From: an uncultured bacterium
Lineage (GTDB): Bacteria > Zixibacteria > MSB-5A5 > CAIYYT01
Assembly: GCA_963726455.1 (NCBI GenBank)
Contig: CAVSCK010000004.1
Coordinates: forward strand, 1,630,857-1,694,856
Length of the DNA stretch: 64,000 nucleotides
Direction: 5' to 3'
The translations under genes and the position numbers were made by a program. The notes under the pieces are model-generated. The model saw only the letters and a program-made list of their open reading frames with translations. It was not told the DNA's origin and searched no databases. Positions 53,493 to 63,695 of this stretch are shown here, piece after piece. Positions within the stretch are counted from its first letter, which is position 1, and each line of letters begins with the position of its first letter.

Positions 53493-54432
53493 GCAACACG
53501 CACACCGAGCTTTTTCATCGTCATAAGCTGAACCCGATCCTAACGGCAGCGAATTGGCCTTATCCGGTCAATACTGTTTTTAACCCCGGCGCGACATTGT
53601 TGGCCGATGGTACGACACTGCTTCTGTGCCGCGTAGAGGATCGTCGTGGACAGTCGCACCTCTGCGCCGCCCGTTCGGCCAATGGCGTAGACGGTTGGCA
53701 GATTGATCCGCAGCCAACCTTCGTTCCCGACCCGGAGCATTTTCCCGAGGAAATTTGGGGCATTGAGGATCCACGCATTACCTTCGTCCCGGAAATGGGG
53801 CAATATGCGATAGTCTATACGGCCTTCACTCGCGATGGTCCGGGCGTGGCCTTGGCGACCACTGAGGATTTCCACACGTTCAAGCGTTATGGGATAGTAA
53901 TGCCCCCGGAGGACAAGGATGCAACTCTGCTGCCGCAACGCATTGATGGCCGTTGGGCACTGATTCATCGCCCGGTCAGTTCGCCCAGAGCGCACATATG
54001 GATCTCCTTCTCTCCCGATCTCACGCACTGGGGTAGCCATACGCTCATGTTGGAAGCTCGACGCGGAGGGTGGTGGGATGCAAACAAGATCGGCCTCTCG
54101 TCACCACCTATTGAAACTCCTCAAGGCTGGCTGATGATCTATCACGGAGTGCGGCAAACAGCAGCCGGATCTCTCTACCGATTGGGACTGGCGCTTTTTG
54201 ACCTGAAGATACCAGAACGCTGTCTGCAAGCGCAGCAGCAGAGTGGGTCTTCGGCCCCGAGGAATCGTACGAGCAACGGGGTGATGTCGGCTATGTCGTT
54301 TTTCCTTGCGGCTGCACTGTCCTTCCTGACGGTGACACCATCCATCTCTATTATGGAGCAGCCGACACGAGTATTGCCCTGGCTACCGGAAGTATTCGCG
54401 CCATGCTTGAGTGGCTTGATCAAAACCATTGA
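53489..54432 (+). pseudogene. GH130-family glycoside phosphorylase/hydrolase; single-base deletion near 54209
   Basis: N-terminal and core regions (GIEDPRI, MIYHGV) in frame 1. The conserved C-terminus (EWVFGPEESYEQRGDVGYVVFPCG ... LYYGAADTSIALA) reads in the -1 frame. Confidence 0.65.
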
Positions 54433-54603
54433 GAATTGACAATAAACTGGCATATATTAGTGCAAGAAGTATGGAAATATTGCTGCCATCGGGGATTTCG
54501 GTCATGGAAAAGTATCTATGAGAGGGAAAGAAGGGAACTGAACCCGAAGCAGCCACAGTCATGGTGAGAGGCACCTGTAATTCTCACCAAAGAGAGAGCC
54601 ATT

Positions 54604-55525
54604 ATGCTAAGACTCACGATGCCAGGTATCATGCTGCTCTGGGTTATCGGCACGATGAGCGTGGAGGCCGAGCTGAGATCCACGGTGCTCATACGATTGC
54701 CGCTCGCGGATGAAAGCGTCATCATCTCTCTTAGAGAAGCCGGTGTACTTCCCCGACGACACTGTTCGGTTGTCAATCGTGACGAGCAGACAGTGAGAGC
54801 AAGACGGTCGTGACTCCGATACTGACTATCGAGGGAACAACGCTGCAATCGGTCGGCAACAATGCGTACATCGCCGTCATACCTCAAAATGTCACTCCCG
54901 GATCATACCCTGTTCATCTTAGTGTCCTGGATACCCAGGGGCGTCGTCTTCTTTATGAGACAGACTGCGTCGTGGAGGTCGAAGAGTATCGAGGATGTGG
55001 AGCAGATCGCGCGATATGTGCGAATTATCCCCCAAGCCGGCGGCGAAGATATGCGGACAGCGGTTACACTGGACCGCGAGCAGATGCGCAACCTTCAAGT
55101 GGTCTTTCAGCGAGACAGTATTCGAGAGGGCATGGGACCCCAATTCGTTACGATCAGGACGACCGTTCTCTTGCGACGAGGTGACAACGGCTCAAACATT
55201 CGAACGTCGCGTAATGACTTTTCGCAGTCATGGCGATCCGAACAAGGATCGCGCCATGTTCATTCAGTACCGCAAGGCCTATGGTCCGTATGCCGCGATC
55301 CGACCAGAGGAATTCGATCGCGTCCAGGTGGAGGTTGACTCGTTGCCTAGTTGGTCGGTTGTCAAAGTCACAGTGGAACCCGATTACACGATCAAGATCG
55401 GTGCAGTCGACCGATCCAATTCCGTAACACGCTATTTTCGCGTGAAGGGTCCGAAGTTTGAAGCGGGGCTGGTGCTCGGCGTCCCAAAGGTCCTGTACGA
55501 CACACGTAAGCCAGTGATAGTATAG
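54604..55525 (+). pseudogene. Secreted hypothetical protein split over four overlapping ORFs in three frames (at least three frameshifts)
   Basis: Signal peptide in ORF 54604..54813. Continuation in ORFs 54810..55184, 54862..55338 and 54995..55525. Confidence 0.35.
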
Positions 55526-55907
55526 ACTATGGCCACACGAGTGCAATGCTGCGACTCTTCTATGTAGACGGAAAATCAGGACATCGTTTTCCGATTAACC
55601 TTGGAATCGGAACGTTCGGGGTGAACTCGCCGATCGATGTGAGTGTCGGTCGGGGCGGTTTCGCTTCGTCGGTACTCCTTGATGTCATAGAGCTCATGAG
55701 GAGGCTGGATATGGGAGTCGGCACCAGAGTAAACGCCGGTCTGGAATTGACACCTTTCTTCCCTGTCAAGAAAAAGTCGCGGCTCCTGTTTGACGCACAC
55801 GTGGGATTGGCACTCTGAGACTTTTCTGCACGAAGCTGCGTGTCAAGCGGAAGCCAAACTGCCGACGTCTTATTCAAAACGCAGTCTTGTCACGATGAGA
55901 TACCACC

Positions 55908-57293
55908 GTGGCAAGCGATGGGAGTAAATGGAAGGTGAGCGAAGTAGTGCCCCCATCCCCAACCCCGACCAAGAGACGCGAGCGGTATGGTGCGGAAATC
56001 CATCGGCTGATCTGGAAGCAGCCGCTATTGCGCCGACTTGGCAAATACTGGCATCAACTGGGACCTGGGTTGACCACCGGCGCCGCAGACGACGACCCTT
56101 CCGGCGTTGCCACTTATTCGCAGACCGGCAGTCAGTTCGGTTACCAATTTCTGTGGCTAGCTCCGTTAACGTTTCCGCTCATGGCAGTGGTGCAGGAGAT
56201 GTGCGCGCGGATCGGTCTTGTAACCGGAAGTGGTTTGGCTGCCAATATCCGCACGCAGTATCCACGTGCCATTCTCTACATTTGCACCGCACTACTCTTT
56301 GTTGCCAACGCGTTCAACATCGGCGCAGACCTTGGCGCTATGGCAAAGGCGACACAACTCCTGGTCCCCGAGATGCGATTTGGTGTCCTGGTCGTGGGCT
56401 TTGCAGCGTTTTCTCTCTTGCTGCAGGTGTTCATATCATATGCCCGGTATGCAAAATACTTGAAGGGGATGGCGCTGGTGTTGCTGGCATATGTCGTAAC
56501 GGCATTCACATTCTCGGGCATAGACTGGGGTGAGGTGCTCCGCAACACCGTCGTGCCAAATCTGCACGTGTCAAAGGTGCAAATTCTTCTGGTCTGTGCA
56601 ATACTCGGAACGACCATCTCACCGTATCTCTTCTTCTGGCAAACTTCGCAGGAAGTAGAGGAGGAGATCCTTCAGGGCGCTACTTCTGTGGCACAACGCC
56701 AGCGCGATGTCACTCCCAAAGGAATCAGCAGGATGCGCTTGGACGTGTGGACGGGGATGTTCTTCTCAAACACAGTGATGTTCTTTATTGTCCTCACCAG
56801 TGGTGCCGTGCTTCACACGGCAGGCGTAACAAATATCCAGTCCGCTGCTCAGGCAGCCGAGGCACTCCGCCCATTAGCAGGGAAGGCCGCTTTTCTTCTT
56901 TTTGCTGTCGGTATCGTTGGTGTTGGATTGTTGGCGGTGCCCGTGCTCGCCGGTTCGGCAGCTTATGCTCTGGCAGAGAGTTTCCGCTGGAGGGAGGGAC
57001 TCTACCGTAAGCTTAAGAATGCTTATGCGTTTTATGGCGTTCTGGCGGCCGCCATGCTCGTTGGATTTATCCTGGATTTCGTCGGTTTGGATCCAATCCA
57101 CGCTCTTATCTATGCCGCCATTGCCAATGGAATCGTCGCGCCTATCGTGTTGTACTTCGTGGTGTCCCTGAGCGGCCGGAGTTCACTCATGGGCGAGTAC
57201 GTCAACAGTCGCCTGGTGAATATTCTCGGCTGGGGAACGGCGATCGTGATGGCTGTAGTCGCCGTTGCGTCGATTGTCGTGCTCTTTACCTAG
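55908..57293 (+). CDS. NRAMP-family divalent metal cation transporter
   Basis: About 11 TM helices and GPG ... DDPSG ... ATY N-terminal signatures. 461 aa. Confidence 0.6.
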   Translation: MASDGSKWKVSEVVPPSPTPTKRRERYGAEIHRLIWKQPLLRRLGKYWHQLGPGLTTGAADDDPSGVATYSQTGSQFGYQFLWLAPLTFPLMAVVQEMCARIGLVTGSGLAANIRTQYPRAILYICTALLFVANAFNIGADLGAMAKATQLLVPEMRFGVLVVGFAAFSLLLQVFISYARYAKYLKGMALVLLAYVVTAFTFSGIDWGEVLRNTVVPNLHVSKVQILLVCAILGTTISPYLFFWQTSQEVEEEILQGATSVAQRQRDVTPKGISRMRLDVWTGMFFSNTVMFFIVLTSGAVLHTAGVTNIQSAAQAAEALRPLAGKAAFLLFAVGIVGVGLLAVPVLAGSAAYALAESFRWREGLYRKLKNAYAFYGVLAAAMLVGFILDFVGLDPIHALIYAAIANGIVAPIVLYFVVSLSGRSSLMGEYVNSRLVNILGWGTAIVMAVVAVASIVVLFT

Positions 57294-57721
57294 GAAGCGC
57301 CCGCGTGCGACAGAGCCGAACGGGAGACAATCTCAAGTTTCTCCAGCTTTAGTCAATAGTGTGGGCTAAAGATCTTAATCATTGGCCTCAGCCAAACCTG
57401 CATTAGCGGAGACGGGGGAATTGTGCGGTCAAAAACTTAATGGGGCGGACTTGAGGCGGAGCAGTACTTAAGGGGCTCTTTTCACCGAGCGGGTTGGAGC
57501 CTAAGCCCGGGCGCCCCGGTTCGCCGGATCAAGAGCCACTTAAGTTCGGGCGATCGACTCCGCACAATGACTCTCGATTCGTTTGTTCGCTTGAAGTGAC
57601 ACTCGGTCTGCGTATCATCGCGTAAGCTACGGTCGCCCGATCGCAACTAATAACGGCGAAAACGGTAATTGGGCAATACGGGGTTTTTGCGTAGGAATTG
57701 CCTTAGGTGGATAACAAGCAA

Positions 57722-59077
57722 TTACAGCTTGCCGCGAAGATATGTCGGGAGGTTTATTTCCAGATTCTGGATCTTGAGTTTGCGGCGGATGATTTCGCGG
57801 TGTTTGTGGACGGTTTGCAGAGAAATGTTCAGGGCTTCTGAGATTTCCTTGGATCCCAGTCCCTGGACGATCAGTTTGCTGATTTCTGTTTCGCGCGGAG
57901 ATAGAGTTGCGAAATTCTCCTTGAATTTGTTTACCCCTTTTCCGACGATCGATTCGAAAGCGTCCTCGAGTTCAGTCAAGTCCCTATTGTTGAGGTGCCC
58001 ATCACAGGCTCGAAGTTTCTTGAGCAAAGGCGCAAATACATGCTCAAGGCTGGAGCAAGCCGCTTCCTCGTATTCAATTCTCTGCTGTTCAAACTGAGCC
58101 AGAATCGTGCGGAGAGCGGTATTCTTTTCCGCGAGCAATGACCGCTCTGCCTCGAGCCGCTCGTTGCTTTCTTTCAAGATTTCCTCCAGCTGCTTGTGCT
58201 CGCTGACATCGCGCACTATAGCAAGGAGCAGGATTTCCCCGGAAACATTGAATGCGTTGAGTGATACTTCAGCGTCGAAGAGCGACTCATCATAACGCCG
58301 ACATCTCCAATAGAACTTCTGAGGAGTTCCACTCTGGGCCACATCAAGGAGACGTTTGATCTTATCTTCTGAGCTGTCGCCGTCGACCTGTTGTGGAGGC
58401 GACAATTCCCAGGGACCGCGGCTGATGAGGTCGGCTTTGTTCTGACAGCCAAACATCGCGACGCAGTGAACGTTGCATTCGACAATTCCGTATCCACTAA
58501 TCACGAAGATCGCATCACTGGCGGCTTCGAAAAGTGTTTGATATCGCTCGATCACATTCTTCTGTTCGATGTCGGCTCGTTTGCGTGACAAAGCGCATGC
58601 GAAGACATGGGCCACCATCTGGAGCCGCCCGATGAGTTCTGGAGACCAGCGGATTTCTGATTGAACAGAGCTAAACGCGACGGCGCCGATGATTTCGCCA
58701 CCGACTGACAAGGGAATTGTGACGTTCGACTTGGCGCCGTGTTCCTCAAAGAACTCCCTGTCGGCGGTAGCATTTGCGGGCAGTTCGTCTATCGAGGAGA
58801 ACACGACCGGTTCATCTCGCAGCATTTTCTCGACTGTCCATGGCAGCTCAAAGACTCCCTCCCGCAGATCGGCGACAGAACCCTTATCCAGAGAGAGCGA
58901 TTTGGTGGCGGCCCAGGTGTGGGTCAGCACGCCTGCGCCGTGTTTGGCGGAAATTTGAAAAAGCGTTACACGGTCGATACCGAGGTAGGTAACAATGAAT
59001 GCCAGCCAGCGACTAATTTCATCGTCGACTTTATTCGCGTGCACATGAACAAAGGTCGAGCACAACTCCGAGATCAT
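57722..59077 (-). CDS. LuxR-family transcriptional regulator with GAF and PAS sensor domains
   Basis: C-terminal LuxR HTH (ETEISKLIVQGLGSKEISEALNISLQTVHKHR). N-terminal GAF-like and PAS-like regions. Confidence 0.6.
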   Translation of the reverse strand: MISELCSTFVHVHANKVDDEISRWLAFIVTYLGIDRVTLFQISAKHGAGVLTHTWAATKSLSLDKGSVADLREGVFELPWTVEKMLRDEPVVFSSIDELPANATADREFFEEHGAKSNVTIPLSVGGEIIGAVAFSSVQSEIRWSPELIGRLQMVAHVFACALSRKRADIEQKNVIERYQTLFEAASDAIFVISGYGIVECNVHCVAMFGCQNKADLISRGPWELSPPQQVDGDSSEDKIKRLLDVAQSGTPQKFYWRCRRYDESLFDAEVSLNAFNVSGEILLLAIVRDVSEHKQLEEILKESNERLEAERSLLAEKNTALRTILAQFEQQRIEYEEAACSSLEHVFAPLLKKLRACDGHLNNRDLTELEDAFESIVGKGVNKFKENFATLSPRETEISKLIVQGLGSKEISEALNISLQTVHKHREIIRRKLKIQNLEINLPTYLRGKL

Positions 59078-59184
59078 TATCTCGAATCGCAGTTTCTCCT
59101 CAACGCTGTCGTACGTATGACCCTCCTTTCGGCGATCTCACTCTTCTAAGGCGGCAGGCCCCAACCGGTAGTGCAAAGACCAGC

Positions 59185-59574
59185 TTATCGTCGCGACGCT
59201 GCTTCCGTCATTATCTTGACAACCGTAGCTTCCACTGCTTGCGCCACGCCTCCTAGTTGCGGAACGTTAAACATCTCCAATAGAGTTGTTAGCTTCAGTG
59301 CGGCAATTACGGCTTTACCGCCTTCCTCGTAAACGGATATCCAGCAAGGCAGCGCGTTGGAAACGCACATGTTTTCAGCAAGTACATTCTTCATTTGTTG
59401 TCGTTGACACACTTCAAACATCAGGCACTCACGGGCGAACTCGTCGCCCTTCTCCGTTGTTGTCTCCTGGAGGCTGTAGACTTGCCTGATGCCAAAGTGG
59501 TTGGCCTGAACGGCGAACTGCAAGGCAACGGCAACTTCACTAACGGTTTTCTCAGTAGGTAGTTTGATCAACAT
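59185..59574 (-). CDS. DUF302 domain protein (second paralog)
   Basis: SNALPCWISVYEEGGK motif. Confidence 0.55.
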   Translation of the reverse strand: MLIKLPTEKTVSEVAVALQFAVQANHFGIRQVYSLQETTTEKGDEFARECLMFEVCQRQQMKNVLAENMCVSNALPCWISVYEEGGKAVIAALKLTTLLEMFNVPQLGGVAQAVEATVVKIMTEAASRR

Positions 59575-59626
59575 TAGTCTGCTTTCCTGGTTAGGGATCC
59601 ACTTTGCAGCAGCGCCGAGTGTCGAT

Positions 59627-59752
59627 TCACTTCTTGGACAGCTTGCTGATCGCGACGACTAGCAGGGCCACCACCAGGATGCCACCCACCACCCAAATCC
59701 ACGTCCCTCCGTTCGTCCAGCTGCTCATCCATCCGTCTGCATTATGCATCAT
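59627..59752 (-). CDS. Small membrane protein candidate (41 aa: MMHNADGWMSSWTNGGTWIWVVGGILVVALLVVAISKLSKK)
   Basis: Manual translation. One TM helix plus a KK anchor. 52 nt upstream of DUF302 on the same strand. Below the ORF-track length cutoff. Confidence 0.3.
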   Translation of the reverse strand: MMHNADGWMSSWTNGGTWIWVVGGILVVALLVVAISKLSKK

Positions 59753-59812
59753 ACTGTTCCTTTCGTTACGCTACGATCTGTGTCATACTGCGGCCCCACA
59801 CCTGCAATAAGG

Positions 59813-60889
59813 TTAGAATTCCAATTGCCAACCTAACCGGATTACCCAGCTTCGTTTCAGTTGCGGGCCGTCCAGAGATTGCACGACGGGCACCTCGCCC
59901 AGAGCGTGAAAATGCTGACCTTTGAGGATCCCCTTCTGAGGATGAAAAGTGACTCCCAGCACTGCACTGAGGCGTCTTCCGCCCTGTAATGCCGGGTCCT
60001 TCGTTGGTTCATCCGTGGGATCAAGCACAGGATCGGATCCGTGAATGTTTTCCCAAAACTCGCCCCGAGCGCCTGCCGAAATGCTCGCCCATTTCGCAAG
60101 TTCTCGCGCGATTGAAACGCTCGACTGGTAACGGTTTCCGACTCTGTAGCCGTTGTCATTCTTGCCGAGCTGCACCGTCGAATTGAAATCTACGGCCCAA
60201 CCCCAAGGCAATGCTTGTCCCAGGTAGGTAAGGCCTGGAAGCAAGGAGAATGTTCCTGACCCGATCTGCATCGGATATTCCATCCGGAGACCCTGCGCGT
60301 CGCGACGATTGATCGAGCCCGTGGGAACGCCGACCCCGAAGTTTGCCAAAATCCGGTGGCGAAGTCCTTCTGCGGTGTACAGGGCGTACGTTCCGCGCAA
60401 TTCAAGGTCACCGATTCCTTCGCTTCGTTCAGTAGATAGCGTGCTATCGCGGTGGAGTTCGCCCATCGACATCTTAACGTACGGGAGCATTGCCATGAGC
60501 GTAAGCTTGTTGGTCGGGGCGTACATAACCATCCCCATGTGCATTTGCATCTTCATGTCAGTGGGTGCGGTCGCGAAGCGTTTGAGAATCGTCGCCCCGC
60601 TGATGTCGGCGGTTCCGTCGAGATTACCATTCAGCTTTTCCAGCATGAGCTGATAGCCGACCATCCATTGCCCCGCCTGACCGCTCATGACATCGAAAGG
60701 CAGTAGCCCGGGAGCGCCCATCATTTCAGTCATGCTCGCCGCTTGAGAGGCTGCCCTCCCCGTCTTCGCCTTCACGGTGTCCATCGACGTCTCTCCGGCT
60801 AGAGCTGTCGACACACCGAGACAAGAGATTGCGAAAAACGCGAACAGGCACAGCAGACTCCAGTAATTCTTCCCTGTTTCACGCGTCAT
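59813..60889 (-). CDS. Outer-membrane beta-barrel protein (transporter / MetA-pathway-like family), signal peptide
   Basis: Signal peptide, alternating beta-strand pattern, C-terminal aromatic residue. Confidence 0.5.
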   Translation of the reverse strand: MTRETGKNYWSLLCLFAFFAISCLGVSTALAGETSMDTVKAKTGRAASQAASMTEMMGAPGLLPFDVMSGQAGQWMVGYQLMLEKLNGNLDGTADISGATILKRFATAPTDMKMQMHMGMVMYAPTNKLTLMAMLPYVKMSMGELHRDSTLSTERSEGIGDLELRGTYALYTAEGLRHRILANFGVGVPTGSINRRDAQGLRMEYPMQIGSGTFSLLPGLTYLGQALPWGWAVDFNSTVQLGKNDNGYRVGNRYQSSVSIARELAKWASISAGARGEFWENIHGSDPVLDPTDEPTKDPALQGGRRLSAVLGVTFHPQKGILKGQHFHALGEVPVVQSLDGPQLKRSWVIRLGWQLEF

Positions 60890-60917
60890 TGCTATTCCCC
60901 GTCCGGCGATTCCCCCT

Positions 60918-60934
60918 ATCTCGTATCACGAGAT
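60918..60934. promoter_or_regulatory. Perfect 7-3-7 palindrome ATCTCGTatcACGAGAT 29 nt upstream of the outer-membrane protein start (operator-like)
   Basis: Direct read of the sequence. Confidence 0.35.
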
Positions 60935-61169
60935 CTTACTCGCTTTGCAACTTTGCGGGATACGGCATAGACAGTTTTGCCGTCGTGCCACGCAAACGAA
61001 AACTTCAGACCCGACTTGCGAAGCTGCGGATCTTTCACTCGTTTGATTTCTGGATTCACTTTACGCTCCCAGCGTTATGCGTTCATAGTCCTTGATCGGT
61101 CACCGTTTTGACCACTCGTCCAATCAGCCGGCCCGGCAGAGATCGCAATGACTCCGCCGGGCACTTGGC

Positions 61170-62867
61170 CTACTTTTTCTTGTCCTTGGCCTTGTCCTTG
61201 GCATCGCCCGAGGACTGATTCTTCTTAGGCGTATCCTTGGCCTTGTCCTTCGTGGTAGCTGCGGGCTGGTTCTTCTTCTGCGTGTCCGTGACCACAGCTT
61301 TGTCTTTGCGTTCGTTAACCGGCTGAGGCGGCGGGTTTTTCACGGCGGCACCCTGTTTGGCAACAATCGGCGGGGTCGGAACTTTGACCCGCTCCGGTTG
61401 GGTCACATGTACCTCGCGCGGCTGAACATTCGGCTTGATCTGCATTGGCTGGATCACCTGTCTATCTTGGCCGGAAGGCGATGTCGCGGGAACTTTACTC
61501 TCCCCGTGTGTCGTCACCGGAGGATTGTTGCGTTGGCCGGCGGTGTGACATTACCTTTACGATCGGTTGTTGTCGTCACCGGCATTTTGTGCTCAGACGG
61601 TGGCGTTACTGTGGCCTTCTGCTCCGTGGGTGGCTGCGCGGTTTGCTGACGTGCCGGTTTGGCTTCCCAGTCCTTGCGTGCAGCAGTATACTTGTGCACT
61701 TCGGTCGCCTGTTTGGTGATCTTCTGTTGTGCAGTGGCATCGATATGCACGAACGTCACCTGGGTCCCAGTGCGTGCGGCAACCGTGGTCAGGGGTTCTG
61801 CCATCCGAACATAGTTTTGTTGTTGGTCAGGCGGTCTGGCGGCCTGGCGGGTTTCCATTTGCTGATAGGTTCTGGGCGGACGAAGATCCTGATTAGCATG
61901 ACGATCGTCGTAGTAGTGCCGCTCGTCTTGGTCCCAGCTAGGGTTGTCCCGGTGATGCCAACGGTCGTATACGAATGTCGGGTCATACCAGGTGTAGTTC
62001 TGTTCGACTTGATACCGCGGAAAGATGCCGGCGCTGAGATAAGCGTCATCGTAGTAATCGCCGAAGTAGTAATGACTGTAACTTGGATAGGTGAATAAGT
62101 TGACTACTAGTCCTCCGAGATCGATGACGATAGTCGGGGAATATCTATATCCCGAATGGCTGTAGACGGACTGAGGGAAGTAAACCGGAGCGAATAACAC
62201 GCCACGATCTTGCAGTGGGTAGTCCCAGTGCCCGGCGTTGAAAACGTAGCCCCTTGGCGTCCATACATAATGAGACGGCACCCAGACCCAGTCCGGATTC
62301 GCAACCAGCCAATAACCCGCCCTCCGGACATAGTGATCCTGATTCCAGTATTCGCAGGGGGGCACCCAAATGTAGTCCGAGGACGGCGCAGAACTTGTCG
62401 GTTGCACGTCATCGAATTCGGGCGGAGCGGGCAGATACTCCATATCCTGAATGCCGGCTGGCGCCCAGAAACCTGCCACCCACTCCCAACCTCTATCCAC
62501 CTGATTCCAGTATCCTGGTACCCAGGACATCCTTGGCGGGGTTGCTCGCCAGCAGCCGCTAACCCAGATGTAATTGTTGCGGTCTCCATCCCACGACCAG
62601 TAGCCCGGTACCCAGGCATATTGATCGCCTCGAGGTCTCTCCGACGGAGGAGCTTCATCGATGTCAGAACGGCGGTCGGTCGGGGACCACCAAACCTTCC
62701 TGATTATGCAGGATGACCGGTTCGGAAAAGGCTTCATGCACCGGTCCGCGCGTCAAAACCTCTGGCTGTTCCTGGTACGGTGTTGGTGGTGGCTGCCCAA
62801 GAGCAGTGCCGTAAAACAAAGCAGCCGCCAGGGACAATGCTACCACGATCTTAATTGCGGTTTTCAT
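61170..62867 (-). pseudogene. Secreted WXXGXW-repeat protein (YxWVPGYW repeats) with Pro/Lys-rich low-complexity tail; frameshift near 62668 and possibly near 61515-61530
   Basis: Signal peptide ORF 62664..62867 continues into ORF 61514..62737 in another frame. The Lys-rich ORF 61170..61517 continues open upstream of its GTG. Confidence 0.5.
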
Positions 62868-63134
62868 CTTCTCTGCCTTTCTTAAAGAAGGGGTGATAAC
62901 AACAATCTTGTGAACGACAAACGTTCTGAACCCAAGCCTGCTGGCTTCTTTGTGCCTTCAAGTTCATGCCAATCCCAATTGGTTCGACGCACTATCATTT
63001 CGTCTTCTTCTGCCCCGGAAACAGTACCTGCCGCCGCACCCCTCAGCCGGCCAAATGCCATCCGGTAACTAATCGGACGTGAACTACGACAATCAGGCGG
63101 TGGCTCACGGTAAGCACGACAGGTACCCTCCGTT

Positions 63135-63695
63135 TCAGATTTGGAACAGCAGGCCGACATTTATCGAATAGAAGTTCGCCTTGGCGCCGTTTAACACAGC
63201 GTTCGGCAGATTCTTGAATTTGTAGTCAAGAAACACCCAGCGAACATCGCCGTACAACTTGAGTTGAGACGTGGCCGGAAGTTCGACCCCGGCGACCAAG
63301 TGCCACCCGAACTTGTGGGTAGTCTCATCGCTGAACCCAGCATTGTTATAGCTCGTGGAGTAGTCAAATGTTGTAAAGTACCAGCCGGCTCCGACACCCC
63401 CATAGATTATCGGCAGGGGATAGATTAGTCCGGTAACCGTCACTGGCCACTCTTTGACCGTCAAAGCCCCTGAGCCAAACTTTTCCTGACGATAACCAAT
63501 ATCTCCCTCCACACCGAGAATCGGCATGAGCTTCATACGTAGAGTTGCCCCCACCAAATAATTCGCGCCGTCGGCGCCAGTAGATTTCTGAATACCGAGG
63601 TGAGGACCCACGTAAATATTCGCTTGGCCGCGGGCTGTCAAAGGCAGCAAGGTGAGGACACCCAGAAGAATTCCGGTGCTGATCTTTCTGAACAT
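63135..63695 (-). CDS. Outer-membrane beta-barrel (OmpW/OmpA-like porin family) protein
   Basis: Signal peptide plus 8-strand-barrel-like alternating pattern. Ends in F. Confidence 0.6.
   Translation of the reverse strand: MFRKISTGILLGVLTLLPLTARGQANIYVGPHLGIQKSTGADGANYLVGATLRMKLMPILGVEGDIGYRQEKFGSGALTVKEWPVTVTGLIYPLPIIYGGVGAGWYFTTFDYSTSYNNAGFSDETTHKFGWHLVAGVELPATSQLKLYGDVRWVFLDYKFKNLPNAVLNGAKANFYSINVGLLFQI

Noticed and set aside
57430-57560. GGTTCG-containing segment that superficially resembles a tRNA T-arm
   Set aside because: No acceptor stem, D-arm or anticodon arm could be built. Reported instead as a structured intergenic region.
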